32,000 nucleotides of DNA from Opitutales bacterium. Lineage in GTDB: Bacteria; Verrucomicrobiota; Verrucomicrobiia; Opitutales; PNEW01. Within the stretch, counting starts at the first letter, position 1; each line of letters starts with the position of its first letter. Shown piece after piece: positions 1-9,829 of the stretch. A program made the position numbers and the translations under genes. Location of the stretch: positions 840,001 through 872,000 of the forward strand of contig CBDCNV010000001.1 in the NCBI GenBank assembly GCA_965219535.1, given 5' to 3'. The notes below the pieces were generated by a model. It was not told where the DNA came from. It made no database searches and was given only the letters and a program-made list of their open reading frames with translations.

Positions 1-595
1 CGCGCACCGAACCGGGCAATTCTATGCCCGGATACGATTTAAAATTTAATTTTAAATTGGCTTTATGTGAACCGGGAACGAGAAGGAGGCACCCATCGTC
101 CGGACCATTTTTAGAAAGGAACCAGCCGGTATTGACGGAGAGGCTGCGAATTTTGCCGTCATTGAAACTAAAATCACTTGGTTCGTGCCCTGCGTGCCAA
201 CTGCTGAAGTGCGGACCTTGTCAGTTAGCGATACCCCAGGAACCACGGTACTTCGGTTCTTTCATAAATTCCTGCAAGTAGGGTAGAATGCGCGGGTGAT
301 TGACCAAGGTCCCAAAGAGCGGATCCAGCTCATCGAGGCTGTTTAGTCGCACATAATGATCATCAATATGAATGACCGAAGATTTCCCAACGTCATTGGG
401 ATGCATCGTTTTCTTTTCTAAATAGGTAGTATTTGTGCCCCTGGCATTGATTTCATTAAATTTTTCAAGCAGTGCGTTAACCTCCTCAGCATTTAATACA
501 CCGCGAAGGATTAAAAAACCCTGGGTATCGAAATGAAAGCGATCTTCGTCAGAAATCTTTACCTGCTCTGCTTTGGATGCGGAATCTGTACTCAT
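1..595 (-). pseudogene. PhyH-family Fe(II)/2-oxoglutarate dioxygenase interrupted by an in-frame TGA (221-223); 3' end runs off the left window edge
   Basis: ORF 221-595 gives the N-terminal half (FDTQGFLILRGVL...). Hand translation of the same frame past the TGA stays open to nt 1: QGPHFSSWHAGHEPSDFSFNDGKIRSLSVNTGWFLSKNGPDDGCLLLVPGSHKANL. This is the jelly-roll core with the PGSHK motif seen in the other four PhyH paralogs of the window. Confidence 0.75.
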
Positions 596-700
596 GTTGG
601 GTAAAATACGGTTTAATATTATACGGTCAAATTCAATAAATTACTTTTGTGATAAGTGCTTAGAGATAATGCATTTTTTTGATAATAGCCATATTGTGGT

Positions 701-1573
701 TTGACGAAACGAGCAGATTTTATAACTTCAACCATGCAAAATCAATCAGTTATAGAAAAACGCGATCTGTCCTTTAAGCCGGTGATTAATGACAACCCTA
801 AGCGTCTTACGGTTGAACAGATAAACTTCTATAATGAGAATGGTTATCTTAAACCCTTTCGCATTTTCTCTGACGAGGAGAACATAAAAAATCGAAACTA
901 CTTTGATCATTTGATTCAGCTTCTAAAAGAGCAGAATGATGGTCGTGATGCCTATGCGATAAATTGTTACCAGGCACGTTGCGAAGGAATCTGGGATATT
1001 GCAAAAGACTCCAGGATTCTCGATTACGTGGAAGATCTGATCGGTCCCAATATTATTGCCTGGGCCTCTCACTATTTTTGTAAAAGTGCACATGATGAAA
1101 AAATTGTCCCCTGGCATCAGGATGCATCCTATTGGCCTATAAGCCCGGCGCGCACAGTTACCGTTTGGATTGCGATTGACGATGCAGATGAAGATAACGC
1201 GGCGATGCAATTTATACCCGGCACGCATAAACTGGGGCATCTCGAATGGAAAAAAGCGGATAAGTCAGCAGTCTTGCATCAGGAGATACCAGAAACTACT
1301 CAATATGGTAAGCCGGTATTCGTTAATTTAAAAGCGGGTGAATTTTCATTTCACGCGGACATGATGGTGCATGGTTCAACGCCAAACACTTCAAATCGCA
1401 GACGGTGTGGACTTACTATTCGCTATTGTCCACCTGAAGTGAAATCTACAGATAGTAACTGGGTAGCTGATGCGATCATTTGTCGAGGGAAAGACCCTTA
1501 TAATCATTGGGTAGACAATCCCCGACCCCAGGGTGATGATTTGTCACCTCGATCTTATTTACAAAACAAATAA
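701..1573 (+). CDS. Phytanoyl-CoA dioxygenase (PhyH) family Fe(II)/2OG oxygenase
   Basis: Motifs VPWHQDASYWP (HxD), IPGTHKLG and HGSTPNTSNRRR (distal His plus 2OG-binding Arg). The track start at 701 is TTG; the ATG at 734 (MQNQSV) is an equally plausible start. Confidence 0.85.
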   Translation: MTKRADFITSTMQNQSVIEKRDLSFKPVINDNPKRLTVEQINFYNENGYLKPFRIFSDEENIKNRNYFDHLIQLLKEQNDGRDAYAINCYQARCEGIWDIAKDSRILDYVEDLIGPNIIAWASHYFCKSAHDEKIVPWHQDASYWPISPARTVTVWIAIDDADEDNAAMQFIPGTHKLGHLEWKKADKSAVLHQEIPETTQYGKPVFVNLKAGEFSFHADMMVHGSTPNTSNRRRCGLTIRYCPPEVKSTDSNWVADAIICRGKDPYNHWVDNPRPQGDDLSPRSYLQNK

Positions 1574-1631
1574 ACGACGCTCCCACGCTTTTACACTGCG
1601 TAATTAGAAGGCTCAATTTCAGGCAGATTCG

Positions 1632-2750
1632 ATGAAGATTATCGACCTGAAGATTTTTCCTGTTCTACATTTTGTCTATGTAAAGATTATAACCGACAGT
1701 GGTCACTATGGTATTGGTGAAGCCTCTCTCAGACCCAGGAATATGGCTGTTGTTGAGGCGCTCAATCATATCAAACCGCTGATAATCGGTCAGGATCCTA
1801 CCCGGATAGAATTCATCTGGCCGGACATTTTCCGGGGAACGTTCTGGCGTGGCGGACCTGTTTTACAATCTGCCCTCGCGGGGATCGATATCGCCCTCTG
1901 GGACTTGAACGGGAAAGCTCTCGGGGTACCTGTCTACAGATTGCTGGGCGGTGCGGCCAGGGAAAGAGTCTTGGTTTACACGCATTTTGACGGGGACACA
2001 CCTGAAGAATTGGCGGATGGCGGACAGCAGTTGCTCGAAGAAGGGTGGCGTGTAATCCGTATCTCCCCCATCGTGACGGAAGGGAATTTTAATGCGAAGA
2101 AAGCAATTAATAACGGCATTAATCATTTTGAGGCACTGAGAAACAGAGTCGGGGATGAGGTTGAAATAATATTTGAAGTACATACCCGTCTCACACCAGC
2201 CCGAGCGATTGAATTATGTAACGCTCTCGAAGAGTTCCGGCCTTTTTTTGTTGAAGATCCGATTCGAGCTGAAAACCCGCAATCCTATGCGAACCTGCGC
2301 GCTCATACCAACGTTCCTATCGGAACGGGGGAACAATTAACAACAAAATGGGCATTCCGGGAACTTATTGAACAGGAATTGATAGATTATTTGCGCGTCG
2401 ATATCTGTCATAGCGGTGGCATTACCGAGGGAAAGAAGATCGCGGTAATGGGAGAAGTACACTATCAGGAGCTTGCGACACACTTTACCGCGAGTCCGGT
2501 GAGTACCGCAGCCATGCTCCAATTGAATCTATCTGTGCCCAATTGCGCGGTACAAGAGCATAATCCTCCTGATGAAGTGCTCAATGATATCATCCATTAC
2601 GACTGGAAAATAGAGGATGGGTACCTGGTCAGTGGTCATTCTCCCGGCCTGGGCATTGATCTCAATGAAGAGGCAGCTGTCGCCCATCCCTACGAACAAT
2701 ATGAACCACCCCATCTCAGACGCGAGGATGGTTCAGTGCAGGACTGGTAA
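1632..2750 (+). CDS. Enolase-superfamily acid-sugar dehydratase, D-galactonate dehydratase (DgoD)-like family
   Basis: 372 aa. GQDPTRIEFIWPDIFRGTFWRGGPVLQSALAGIDIALWDLNGKALGVPVYRLLGG and the C-terminal HLRREDGSVQDW track my recollection of E. coli DgoD closely. Substrate is not assignable from sequence alone. Confidence 0.8.
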   Translation: MKIIDLKIFPVLHFVYVKIITDSGHYGIGEASLRPRNMAVVEALNHIKPLIIGQDPTRIEFIWPDIFRGTFWRGGPVLQSALAGIDIALWDLNGKALGVPVYRLLGGAARERVLVYTHFDGDTPEELADGGQQLLEEGWRVIRISPIVTEGNFNAKKAINNGINHFEALRNRVGDEVEIIFEVHTRLTPARAIELCNALEEFRPFFVEDPIRAENPQSYANLRAHTNVPIGTGEQLTTKWAFRELIEQELIDYLRVDICHSGGITEGKKIAVMGEVHYQELATHFTASPVSTAAMLQLNLSVPNCAVQEHNPPDEVLNDIIHYDWKIEDGYLVSGHSPGLGIDLNEEAAVAHPYEQYEPPHLRREDGSVQDW

Positions 2751-2869
2751 TGAGAAAATTTTTTACCACAATTATAATGTTACCACGCTAATAATTGACA
2801 ATCGAGGTGAAGCGTATCCAGATTAATTTTATAACTCATAATTTATATAATGAAAAGAGAAACTAACTG

Positions 2870-3967
2870 ATGGCTGAAAACTCCATAACCATACTAGGAG
2901 GTGGGAACACAGCTTTCTCCGTTGCTGCCCGCTTAACTTTGCAAGGTCATAAAATAACACTCTATGAAATTCCCTCATTTAAAGAGACACTGACCCCGAT
3001 CAAAGATGAAGGTGCGATTCATTTACTCGGCGTCGCCGGTGAAGGAAGGGCAAAGTTGCATCACTTCACTTCAGATATAGAAGAAGCACTGGCTGGTGCT
3101 AACCTTATTCTTCTCATTGTACCCGCCTATGCTCACAAACCGTTTGCTGAAGTCTGTATCCCTAATTTAAAATCGGGACAGACCCTGGTCATCATGCCCG
3201 GCACACTCGGTACTCTTGAATGGGCGCAAATGCTGCGAGAGGCGGGTAAGGAAGGTTTAGTTACACTAGCAGAGGTCGACACCGCTCCTTATGTCTGTCG
3301 AAAAACAGCGCCCGACACGGCGACAATTTGGGGGATTGTAGCGGCCCTTGGATTGGGTGTATTGCCTTCTACTGAAACAGACCGAGTTAAAGATATGCTG
3401 GACCCTCTCTTCCCCGGTATTCAATGCTATCCGGATGTCATGGCCTGCGGATTAGCAGCGATGAACCCGGTTGTTCACCCCGCGGGTGTATTAATGAATG
3501 CCGGGCGCGTCGAGTACTCGCGCGGTGAATTTTACTTTTATGAAGAAGGTGTATCCGTTTCCGTAGCGAAGGTAATCATGGAAGTGGATCGGGAGCGCTT
3601 GAAAATCGGTCAGGCATTAGGGTATGAACTGAGTCCGGTCGATGAAGCCTTTCACGCGGCAGGCTTTGGGCCAAAGGGTGACTTATGGTCGACGATCAAT
3701 GGCAGCTGGATGCTTACCCGGTTGAAAGCCCCTGGATCACTGGAGAGCAGATGGTTAACGGAGGATGTTCCTTATGGACTGGCTGCCTGGTCAACGGTAG
3801 GGTCACAATTTAACGTTGAAACACCGACGATGCAGGCGGTGGTAAATATTGGATCCATCGTTATGGGGTTTGACGCCTGGAAGAATGGTCGCGGTGTGAA
3901 AGAGCTGGGCATCGAAGGTTTGGGACAAAAAGAACTATCAACATATTTAAAAAGCGGGCTTCGTTAA
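2870..3967 (+). CDS. NAD(P)-dependent octopine/nopaline (opine) dehydrogenase family protein
   Basis: N-terminal Rossmann ITILGGGNTAFSVAARL. C-terminal family signatures AMNPVVHPAGVLMNAGRVE and RWLTEDVPYGLAAW. Confidence 0.7.
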   Translation: MAENSITILGGGNTAFSVAARLTLQGHKITLYEIPSFKETLTPIKDEGAIHLLGVAGEGRAKLHHFTSDIEEALAGANLILLIVPAYAHKPFAEVCIPNLKSGQTLVIMPGTLGTLEWAQMLREAGKEGLVTLAEVDTAPYVCRKTAPDTATIWGIVAALGLGVLPSTETDRVKDMLDPLFPGIQCYPDVMACGLAAMNPVVHPAGVLMNAGRVEYSRGEFYFYEEGVSVSVAKVIMEVDRERLKIGQALGYELSPVDEAFHAAGFGPKGDLWSTINGSWMLTRLKAPGSLESRWLTEDVPYGLAAWSTVGSQFNVETPTMQAVVNIGSIVMGFDAWKNGRGVKELGIEGLGQKELSTYLKSGLR

Positions 3968-3980
3968 GGGACAATAAATT

Positions 3981-4925
3981 GTGATGAAAGCGATTCATTA
4001 CAAGCAGTACGGTGATCTCTCTCAACTTGAAGAGGTGGAGATAGACAGACCCGAACCAACCGCCTCTCAAATTCTCGTTAAAGTAGAGGCATCGGCGATT
4101 AATCCCATCGATTGGAAACTTCTCAGCGGGAGCTTTCGTGCTATTATGCCCGTGAAGTTTCCCGCGATACCCGGCTTTGACCTGGCCGGTGAAGTGATAG
4201 ATGTAGGTGCCGCTGTCACACAGTTCAAGATCGGTGACAGAATATACGCCTGTCAGGACATTAAACAATTAGGCACGGCTGCTGAATATACAGTGGTGGA
4301 GGAACATCTGGCTGACCTTATACCTGAAGACTTAAGCGCCGGTGAAGCTGCGGGGATACCACTTGCCGGATTGACTGCGCTTCAAGGATTACGTAACTGC
4401 GGTGGCTTGAATGCAGGTGAGCGCGTTCTCATCGTAGGGGGATCCGGCGGGGTAGGGCATTACGCGGTACAGATTGCCAAGGCGATGGACACATATGTCA
4501 CGGCTGTATGCAGCACCGGCAATGTGGAGATGGTCCGCGATCTGGGTGCCGACACGGTGATCGACTATAATAAACAAACGGATTTTGCCACCGATATTAA
4601 ATATGATGTAGTCTTGGACTGCGTCGTAAAATCGCCCTATAAAGCGTTCGCAGCGGTGATGCAAGCTGACGCGGTTTACGTTCCCGCACTCCCCAGTATT
4701 TCATTTATCATAAAGTCTTACCTGATGCCATTGTTTACAAAACGTCGGGTAAAACCGGTGATGCTGAAAACCAATGGGAAAGATTTAAATTTCTTGTCAA
4801 ATTTAGTAAGAGAAGGAAAGCTGCGGACGATTATTGATAGTTCGTATTCCTTGAATGAATATCGCGAAGCATTTGAGCGAAATCAGACGGGGCGAACGCG
4901 AGGTAAAATCATTATCAATATTTAG
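3981..4925 (+). CDS. MDR-superfamily NAD(P)H quinone oxidoreductase / zinc-type alcohol dehydrogenase-like protein
   Basis: 314 aa. GFDLAGEV, nucleotide-binding VLIVGGSGGVGHYAVQIAK, C-terminal RGKIIINI. GTG at 3981 or ATG at 3984 as start. Confidence 0.8.
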   Translation: MMKAIHYKQYGDLSQLEEVEIDRPEPTASQILVKVEASAINPIDWKLLSGSFRAIMPVKFPAIPGFDLAGEVIDVGAAVTQFKIGDRIYACQDIKQLGTAAEYTVVEEHLADLIPEDLSAGEAAGIPLAGLTALQGLRNCGGLNAGERVLIVGGSGGVGHYAVQIAKAMDTYVTAVCSTGNVEMVRDLGADTVIDYNKQTDFATDIKYDVVLDCVVKSPYKAFAAVMQADAVYVPALPSISFIIKSYLMPLFTKRRVKPVMLKTNGKDLNFLSNLVREGKLRTIIDSSYSLNEYREAFERNQTGRTRGKIIINI

Positions 4926-4936
4926 AAAAATTATAG

Positions 4937-5776
4937 ATGAAAACGCTTGAGGAACACTATGTAGAATTCAAAGAAAACGGATTTACCATACTTCCGAAAG
5001 TCTTTGATCAAGCGCAAATAGATGAATGGATTTCTCTGTATCCAAGTCTGATCAAACGTCAGACATCACCCGGAGCTGAGCAGGAACAGAGATGGCTCAG
5101 TAGTGTAGTCGAATATGAACCCCATGCAATGCTGCCGGCAGTTGCCAATGAAAAGATTCTGTATTTTGCGGAAATGGTCATGGGGCCGTTCGTTCAACTC
5201 GATAATCTTACTTTCATGGCCTTCCCCTCCCAATCCAAGGAAGAGGCCAATGGCAAAATCAGTGGTTGGCACCGCGATCAGTGGTCATCTTTTCCGCTCG
5301 GTAATGATTATATCTGGCCCAAGGCCTGTAATGCGATCTGCTATTTACAGGATTTAACCGATGATAACGGCCCATTCCGTGTGATACCCGGATCCCATCG
5401 CGCACCTCTCACTATTGAAGAAGATGATCACCAAAAGAAACATCCCGATGAGAAGGTCTATTACCCAAGTGCAGGTGACGTCGTATATACGCACTGTGGG
5501 GTGGTGCACTCGGGAACACCCAATACTTCTGGCAAGTTACGCTATTTTTTCAGCATCTATTATAATCTCAGCTGGTTGCGTCACCGGGACAATCATTCGG
5601 GACCCAATGTAGCAAAGATTATCGCAATGGCGCGCGAAAAGAACGATAGGCGACTGCTGCGGCTATTTGGAATTGATGAACTGGTTTTTCCAAGATCTAA
5701 TTGGGGCTTTCGCCAACCGGACAACGAGAAATGGGAGCAATGGATCAAAGAAGATCGCGAAGCTCTAAAAAAATAA
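4937..5776 (+). CDS. PhyH-family Fe(II)/2OG oxygenase
   Basis: SGWHRDQWS (HxD), RVIPGSHRAP, VVHSGTPNTSGKLR. Confidence 0.85.
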   Translation: MKTLEEHYVEFKENGFTILPKVFDQAQIDEWISLYPSLIKRQTSPGAEQEQRWLSSVVEYEPHAMLPAVANEKILYFAEMVMGPFVQLDNLTFMAFPSQSKEEANGKISGWHRDQWSSFPLGNDYIWPKACNAICYLQDLTDDNGPFRVIPGSHRAPLTIEEDDHQKKHPDEKVYYPSAGDVVYTHCGVVHSGTPNTSGKLRYFFSIYYNLSWLRHRDNHSGPNVAKIIAMAREKNDRRLLRLFGIDELVFPRSNWGFRQPDNEKWEQWIKEDREALKK

Positions 5777-5819
5777 GTTCATATTAGTTGGCACGCAGTA
5801 AGTACGTCGTCAACCCGAG

Positions 5820-6581
5820 CTAGTAAAGATTGGGTTGGACCTGCCCGTCCTTTATAAACAGTTTATTGGCATCAATCGCATGCCCACCGGGCATGGGAGA
5901 TGCGGTATATTGGGCGAGGTAAACCCGACGTTTTTTTCCGGTTGGATTAGCGCCACTGCGATGAAAGGTGAGACTTGAAAATACAGCGATGCTGCCGGCG
6001 GGTGCGATCACCGGTTCACCCGGATCATTGCCAAAATAACCAATCCTGTCATTGCTGCCCTCTTCAACGATATGCTCTGCCAATTTTTTTTCTCCGTAGC
6101 GACTCATGGGCAATAGGTAGACCGTGCCGTTATCTTCGTTGACCTCATCGAGAGTGCACCAGCAGGATAGCACTTCAGGATGATCGCCGAGTCGTGCCTG
6201 GGCATAGCCGGAATCCTGGTGCCAACTGAACTTCATACCCGTTTTATCGAATTTTACCACGTATTGATCGCTCTTGTAGTAAATTTCGTCGCCGAAAACT
6301 GCGCGGGTGATACTGGCCATCAGGTCGCTGAAAATAAATTCACGTATGCGGGGATGATTGGGCTCGGCTTTCATAAAATACCGCTTACCGCGATGATTGA
6401 TCCCCATCACATCGGTACCCTGTCTGTCCATTTCCGCGTCTGTTTCGTCAATTGCCGATTGACACACTTCTCTCAACAACTCGACGTGCTCATTGGGAAT
6501 TACGGATTCGAGGATGAAATACCCGTCCTTTTTAAACTGCTCAATTTTTTCTTTTGGTATATTGATGGTGGTTGTTTGCAT
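5820..6581 (-). CDS. PhyH-family Fe(II)/2OG oxygenase
   Basis: KDGYFILESVI N-terminus, FSWHQDSGY (HxD), LTFHRSGANPTGKKRR. Confidence 0.85.
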   Translation of the reverse strand: MQTTTINIPKEKIEQFKKDGYFILESVIPNEHVELLREVCQSAIDETDAEMDRQGTDVMGINHRGKRYFMKAEPNHPRIREFIFSDLMASITRAVFGDEIYYKSDQYVVKFDKTGMKFSWHQDSGYAQARLGDHPEVLSCWCTLDEVNEDNGTVYLLPMSRYGEKKLAEHIVEEGSNDRIGYFGNDPGEPVIAPAGSIAVFSSLTFHRSGANPTGKKRRVYLAQYTASPMPGGHAIDANKLFIKDGQVQPNLY

Positions 6582-6671
6582 ATCAATTAATGAAATATAT
6601 GTTACTATGCATAAAGTATTATTATTTATAGGCTGTTAGTCAATTCAGTCTTTGAATTGGGGCTTTAAATC

Positions 6672-7934
6672 ATGATGAATAAATCAATTATTTTACTGTC
6701 TCTATTTCCCCTATTAACCACTACTAATATGGTAACTGAAGCCAATGATGACGCGTTAATGGACGAACCCTTTTTTGAGGTCAAAGATCTGATGCTTGCT
6801 GAAGGAGAAGTAGCCGCCTATGGCCTTCCCCTGATTACCGTTACGGCGAGGGGAACGGTACTCGTCAGCAGTAATGCCCGCGTCGGGGACCGCCACGATG
6901 CGGGGAATGTTCAGTACGGGGTGCTATTAAGAAGCACGGACAATGGTGAAACCTGGATGAAGAAAAAGTTAGATGCTCTCCCCCAAGGCATTGTCACTGA
7001 TAAGGAGACGAATAAAATAATGCTATTCATTCCCGAGAGTTCTGCACTACTACGTCCAGATGGAAAACGCATGAATGAAGAGTGGGCGGTTGAGAATCCT
7101 CCCGAAGAAGCGAGACCGATTTGGCAATATGAAAGTATTGATGACGGAATCAGTTGGGAGAAAGGGCAAAATATTACCCCGATGTTACAGAAGAAAAAAT
7201 ATACGCATGTGGGGGCCCCCAACTATGCGAGCGGAATTCAACTACAGTTTGGTAAGCACAAGGGCCGATTGATTCTTCCGGGGCGGACGTTTATAAAAAA
7301 TATTTTTGAATTCCAGTACAGCCGTAACATATTAATCTATAGTGATGATCACGGGAAGACCTGGAAGAACGGAGGGTTGAGCCAGTTAGCTTGTGGTGAA
7401 GCCTGCGTCGTGGAATTGTCTGACGGCAGTTTATATCTCAATAATCGAAATGAGGCTGGGCGCGTTTACCGCAATAAGAACAACCCAGATGCTGTTCATT
7501 TGCTTGATGAGAGAAACGCAGGTGTCCGCTGCTATTCCATCAGTAAGGACGGAGGAGAAACTTTCACTGAATTTGGTGAGGTCGGTGAGTTTATCCATGC
7601 TACCTGTCACGGGGGGATGGCACGTCTCACTGATAGCGAGCTCGGCGATATTCTTTTTTTCTCCAATCCTGGCACGGAGATGGGGCAGGAAAAGTCGTAC
7701 GGTGAAAGGCATCATTTAACGGTATGGGCGAGTATGGATGAAGGTAAAACCTGGCCAATTGCTAAAGTTATCAACGAAGGACCATCTGCTTACTCCTGTA
7801 TGGCTGTAGGTGTGGATGGTATGATCTTCGTTGCCTTTGAACGTGGGCTCGAAAATGCTCGCACAAACACGGCCGTAGCTCGATTTAACCTCGCATGGTT
7901 ATTGGAGAATAGGGACACAGCCAGTGTAAAATAG
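6672..7934 (+). CDS. Secreted BNR/Asp-box six-bladed propeller protein, GH33 sialidase-like
   Basis: N-terminal hydrophobic signal-like segment (SIILLSLFPLLTTT). Five Asp-boxes: STDNGETW, SIDDGISW, SDDHGKTW, SKDGGETF, SMDEGKTW. Confidence 0.75.
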   Translation: MMNKSIILLSLFPLLTTTNMVTEANDDALMDEPFFEVKDLMLAEGEVAAYGLPLITVTARGTVLVSSNARVGDRHDAGNVQYGVLLRSTDNGETWMKKKLDALPQGIVTDKETNKIMLFIPESSALLRPDGKRMNEEWAVENPPEEARPIWQYESIDDGISWEKGQNITPMLQKKKYTHVGAPNYASGIQLQFGKHKGRLILPGRTFIKNIFEFQYSRNILIYSDDHGKTWKNGGLSQLACGEACVVELSDGSLYLNNRNEAGRVYRNKNNPDAVHLLDERNAGVRCYSISKDGGETFTEFGEVGEFIHATCHGGMARLTDSELGDILFFSNPGTEMGQEKSYGERHHLTVWASMDEGKTWPIAKVINEGPSAYSCMAVGVDGMIFVAFERGLENARTNTAVARFNLAWLLENRDTASVK

Positions 7935-7969
7935 CAGAGCGAAACGCCGAGTGACAGCAATGAGTTTTG

Positions 7970-8746
7970 TTATCTTTCCCAGGGATAATTTTCTGCGCAA
8001 CCAATGGGCTTCCAACCCAGTGCTTCTTTAGTATGGTCAGTTGATCGCCAGCGGTACTTGTTCTCGGAAATAGCGTCGAAGATATCAAACATTATATCAT
8101 CCGGTGCGCTGAGACACTTATCAATTACCTGAAGACAGTCCGATTGTGCGAGATAGCCGGGATATTGTCGGCGCAATTGAGGTCTGTCATTATCATTCAC
8201 CGCGCCGAGACGGATGACGAGTGTGGAGATACCGTACTTATCCGCGTAATATTGCCCCAGGTTTTCACCAAAGATCTTGCCTATAGCATAGGGTGAGTCA
8301 GGTCGGACCGGCCAGGTTCGGTCCACCATTTCCCAGGATTCAGGAATCTTATCATCCGGCCCGTTGGCAAGTGTCCCATAGGGATAGTTATCAACCCATT
8401 CATAACCCAATTGCGTGCAGCCGCTGCTCATGTGGACGATGCGTTTTACCCCGGCCTCACGCGCCGCCTCGAAGACATTAAGAGTGCCTCGAACGGTTAT
8501 TGCCATTGTGGCATCCCAATCGTCGGTCAGACCATAGGTTGCCGCCGCGAGATGAAGGACACTATGAATGCCATTGAAAGCAGGTTTAATCGCATCCGCA
8601 TCACAGATATCAGCACACAGATTGGGAATGCCCTCTAGCGGACGCCTGTTCAATCCGCTGAATTCATATTTATCGTTCAGGTTCTTTAAGACCAGACCAC
8701 CAATCAGTCCACTCGCCCCCGTTACTAACACTTTTTTCTTATCCAT
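7970..8746 (-). CDS. NAD-dependent epimerase/dehydratase family (extended SDR) protein
   Basis: VLVTGASGLIGG Rossmann motif at the N-terminus and a YxxxK-type region (SPYAIGKIFGE). 258 aa. Confidence 0.75.
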   Translation of the reverse strand: MDKKKVLVTGASGLIGGLVLKNLNDKYEFSGLNRRPLEGIPNLCADICDADAIKPAFNGIHSVLHLAAATYGLTDDWDATMAITVRGTLNVFEAAREAGVKRIVHMSSGCTQLGYEWVDNYPYGTLANGPDDKIPESWEMVDRTWPVRPDSPYAIGKIFGENLGQYYADKYGISTLVIRLGAVNDNDRPQLRRQYPGYLAQSDCLQVIDKCLSAPDDIMFDIFDAISENKYRWRSTDHTKEALGWKPIGCAENYPWER

Positions 8747-8794
8747 AATTTTTCAAATCTGCTTTTTGATTTCTTAATTCATAATTCCTAATTA

Positions 8795-9803
8795 TTAATT
8801 GGATAAAACCACTTCCCGTCCCGATAGAGCTGATGCTTCACAGGCCTCATGAATTTCCATGACCCGCCTACCATGCAATTGTGGAATGGGCGTGTCATCG
8901 TCATCTTTAATAATTGAAGCAATGAAATCAGAAAACTCATCGAGCATACTATTGCGATCGGTAACCGGCTCCTCCTTCCATTTACCCTTCGTACCGATCC
9001 AAAAACCAGTTTTCTGCCCCTCTTCATTCCCGTAAGCTATTCGGAATTTTGCCTGTCCCTTCGTGAAAAAGAAATCTGCCCCATAATCGGTGATTCTCGT
9101 ATCCCAGGCGATACGACTGATAGTGGCGACGACACCGCTTTTCCAACGGAAGAAAGCCATGGAGGTATCATCACAAGGCAATTCCGGGTGGGTAAAAGCG
9201 CCGAGTTGAGCGCTGCGTCGAAATGTCATCACCAATAATCCACAGGAGCCGATCAATCATGTGCGTGCCGTCCATCAGTCCCATGCCTCCCCCCAATTCG
9301 CGATCCAACATCCACTTTGGCCTGCCGTTTGGTTGATAGGGTTTATGCCAAATATCATAGACCATGAGAAGATCTCCCAGTTGTTGGGATTCAACGCATG
9401 CCTTCATCTTTTTTACTACTGGCATATAACGTTGGGTGTGTGCGGTCATTAATTTCACGTCATTTGTTTTTGCTGCCGCCAACATCTCGTCACACTCGGT
9501 GAGAGAAATAGCCATCGGTTTTTCCAGATAAATATGTTTACCTGCGTTCGCGGCATCAATTGCAGCTTGCTTGTGCAGCCAGTGGGGAAGGGTAGCGACG
9601 ACTACTTGAATATCATCGCGATTGATCGTCTCTTTGTAATCGGAAACAATCTCAATATGGGGATACTTCTCTGCGATCGGTGTGGAATATTCGCTGCGCG
9701 GTTCCGCTATAACTTTAATATCGGATCCACAAGTCTGCTCAATGATATCAATGTAATTACCACCTATACGACCCGTGCCTAACAGTGCGACTCCCAGATT
9801 CAC
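8795..9803 (-). pseudogene. Gfo/Idh/MocA-family oxidoreductase split by a frameshift near 9205-9235
   Basis: ORF 9171-9803 has the N-terminal Rossmann domain (VALLGTGRIGGNYI...EKPMA). ORF 8795-9256 in another frame has the C-terminal alpha/beta domain. Family-like sequence runs ...HMIDRLLWIIGDDI in one frame and SAQLGAFTHPELPCDD... in the frame one nt ahead. Confidence 0.75.
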
Positions 9804-9829
9804 GTTTCAGTTCTGGTAAGTATTACTTT

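Noticed and set aside
221-223. TGA reassigned as a sense codon (alternative genetic code) or selenocysteine
   Set aside because: TGA terminates 12658-13617, 16300-17142 and 17232-17966 at lengths matching their paralogs or families, so a global reassignment is unlikely. I could not fold a convincing SECIS-like hairpin in the ~40 nt after the TGA by eye. Selenocysteine is not excluded but is unsupported.
923-1240. Antisense or overlapping ORFs inside long genes (also 1813-2183, 2337-2714, 4389-4664, 5066-5272, 6180-6590, 6911-7222, 7393-7719, 8293-8777, 11070-12500 set, 12800-13560 set, 14235-14893 set, 15746-16042, 16694-16936, 17378-17865, 19122-19563, 21238-22124 set, 25035-25346, 27706-27891)
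   Set aside because: These are shadow ORFs on the opposite strand or in alternate frames of well-supported genes. They have low-complexity or biased composition and no recognisable motifs.
2751-2869. Possible operator or promoter (TTACCAC direct repeat, TTGACA at 2795-2800) upstream of the opine-dehydrogenase-family gene
   Set aside because: No acceptable -10 element lies at proper spacing, and the promoter consensus of this (unknown) lineage is uncertain. This is not enough to call a regulatory site.
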